Source: Pocillopora damicornis
Taxonomy: Eukaryota
Length of the DNA: 64,000 nucleotides
Reading direction: 5' to 3'
Assembly (NCBI RefSeq): GCF_003704095.1
Contig: NW_020846157.1
Span: forward strand, 62,001 to 126,000
The notes below the pieces were generated by a model that did not search any database, had not been told where the DNA came from, and worked only from the letters and a program-made list of their open reading frames with translations. Positions 62,301 through 64,000 of the stretch are shown here, in pieces (the first letter of the stretch is position 1; the number at the start of each line of letters is the position of its first letter). A program made the translations under genes and the position numbers.

Positions 62301-62674
62301 GAAACACCCTTAATTTGAGCTCAATGTGCCTGCAGTTAAAAGACGGGTTCGGCGACCCTCATAGTTTATCACTGAATTGCAATCAGTACAGTTTATTAAT
62401 ATTCATCTTTCTCAAAAATCTTTACATGCGATTCTATTCAAGTCGTTCTATTCCCTATTTAACTTTGAATATATATTTATATTCTGATATGCTGATTGCA
62501 ATACAGTGATAGAGAATTATGTGTCTTAGAGGATGGAATGCTGCTTTGGTAACATTAGTTTTGTAGAAAAACTTGTTGAACAACAGTTTCGCATGTTGAA
62601 TGAATAGAAATTCCCGAAAAAGAGGAATCTGTTGAAGCTTCTGTAGGTTACAATATGGTTGTAATGTTCCACTG

Positions 62675-63624
62675 GTTTCCACTTCTTTGAGAAAGTTTAA
62701 GACTTACCAACCAGAGGAGCTGCAACTGTTCAACATTTTACCATTAATGGAAGTCTGTTCCTCACCTTTGGGAACAATCATGGAGATATCCACAAATTCA
62801 AGACGAGCTCCGTGGTTTACAAGATGGATGAACCGACTGAAAAGTTCACATTCTACCAGACCCTGCCAACTAGAGGTGCATATGGCCTTGAGTACGCTTA
62901 AGTTAAGCTGCACACTTCAAGTTCTTCGCATTAAATAGAGACAGATATCTTACAGTGGCAAACTATCATGATGGAAGTACCCACTCAACAAAATCAGTCA
63001 TCTACAAATGGAGTGGCGTCAAGTTTAACATGTTCCAGGAGATAGCAGCTGAAGGTGCCGGGGATATACGGTATTTGAAATAAGCAGTGTCACTTACATC
63101 GCTTTCGCTTACTATTACAACCCTCAACAGAAGTATTCTGTTCCGTCCACTGTCTTCAAATGGTCAGGAGGACACTTTGTCGAACCACAGTCTCTTCAAA
63201 CCTACGGGGCATTTGACGTGAAGTCTGTTAATATCAATGGTCACATATTCCTCGCTTTTGCCTGCTACTACTCTGGAAGTTCCTACAACACTGACTCGTT
63301 TATTTATAAATGGGATGGTACCAAGTTCGTTCTTTTCCAATCCATTCCTACCCGTGGAGCCCTTGCAAGGTATCCATTCGCGATCAGCAGTCATACCTAC
63401 TTGGGCATGGCCAATCACTACGACAGCAGCTTGAAACATAACAATCAGTCAGTTGTGTACCAGGCCTCTGAAGCACAGTTCATCAAGTATCAAGAGATTT
63501 CTTGATTTCCCATGGAGTGTTTGATATGACATCATTTGAGTACAAAGATCACACCTATCTGGCAGTGGAAAATCAGTACAATGGGAAGTACAACATAAAT
63601 AGTGCTTTGTTTAAGTGGGTGTAG
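62675..63624 (+). pseudogene. EAR/EPTP-repeat (TSPEAR-like) pseudogene, copy 3 (most complete)
   Basis: DLPTRGAATVQHFTINGSLFLTFGNNHGDIHKFKTSSVVYKMDEPTEKFTFYQTLPTRGAYGLEY; SFIYKWDGTKFVLFQSIPTRGA; YNINSALFKWV*. Frameshifts, an internal deletion, and a gatttc duplication that creates a stop at 63503-63505. Confidence 0.88.
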
Positions 63625-64000
63625 AAATAGGGACAAAAAGACGAAAAGCGTAATGACCAAGAGTCTTAGCTGCTTATGCAATGGTCTGGTGATTTAATTG
63701 TATTTGCTCAATAATCCGAGAACAAGGTTTAGATTTAGGGTTTTTTTAAGTCAAAATTGAATTTTTGATAAATGAGTGTTTATCAGCCTCTTTAAAAGTG
63801 AAAGTAGCAATAAAGCTGTGCATTGAACGAGATACTAACGTCTGGTTAATTCCAATTTTGTTTTAGTAAATAACTTCCACTTCCATTGATAAAAGTTAGT
63901 TCCCAGGACAGTTATTTTAGACACGTTCAATATTCTTATATGGAATAAAATACCCTCAGCTCATCTGTTGTGTGTGTGTCGTCACGTAAGTCACACCTCC

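Larger units (their letters stand above)
51410..63995 (+). repeat. Mosaic of direct segmental duplications forming the EAR-gene tandem array
   Basis: Approximate matches: 51410-51790 with 53370-53745; 53815-54697 with 55415-56315; 55965-57450 with 60450-61890; 55200-55385 with 59545-59730 and 63805-63995; 45110-45365 with 57215-57490 and 61660-61890. Confidence 0.85.

Noticed and set aside
1-64000. tRNA, rRNA or prokaryotic features (operons, defence systems)
   Set aside because: None recognisable by eye. Spliceosomal gene structure throughout indicates animal nuclear DNA.

Overview
Eukaryotic, AT-rich, intron-rich scaffold window with many N-gaps. Gene content and repeat families point to a stony coral or other anthozoan (inference). 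The left 45 kb is a conserved-gene block. It holds the 5' end of LAP3 (-), a divergent single-exon orphan (+), and a single-exon gene with a helical N-terminus and NHL-like C-terminus (+). Next is a complete 8-exon QDPR (-), head-to-head with a 19-exon, ~1705-aa ADGRA-family adhesion GPCR (+; LRR-Ig-HRM-GAIN-7TM with KTxxxW and ETSV motifs), then a convergent PCGF-family Polycomb RING gene (-) that the ORF track largely misses. Between the two convergent genes is a gap-bounded ~9-kb block. It carries decayed inverted copies of both genes' 3' ends, an EAR-repeat fragment, and an IS3EU-like DDE transposon next to a HECT E3-ligase C-terminus. The right 19 kb is a segmentally duplicated array of EAR/EPTP (TSPEAR-like) pseudogenes with LINE, SINE and MITE debris. 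Gene models were built by hand from GT-AG sites and frame continuity. Family calls rest on recalled protein motifs; no database searches were run.
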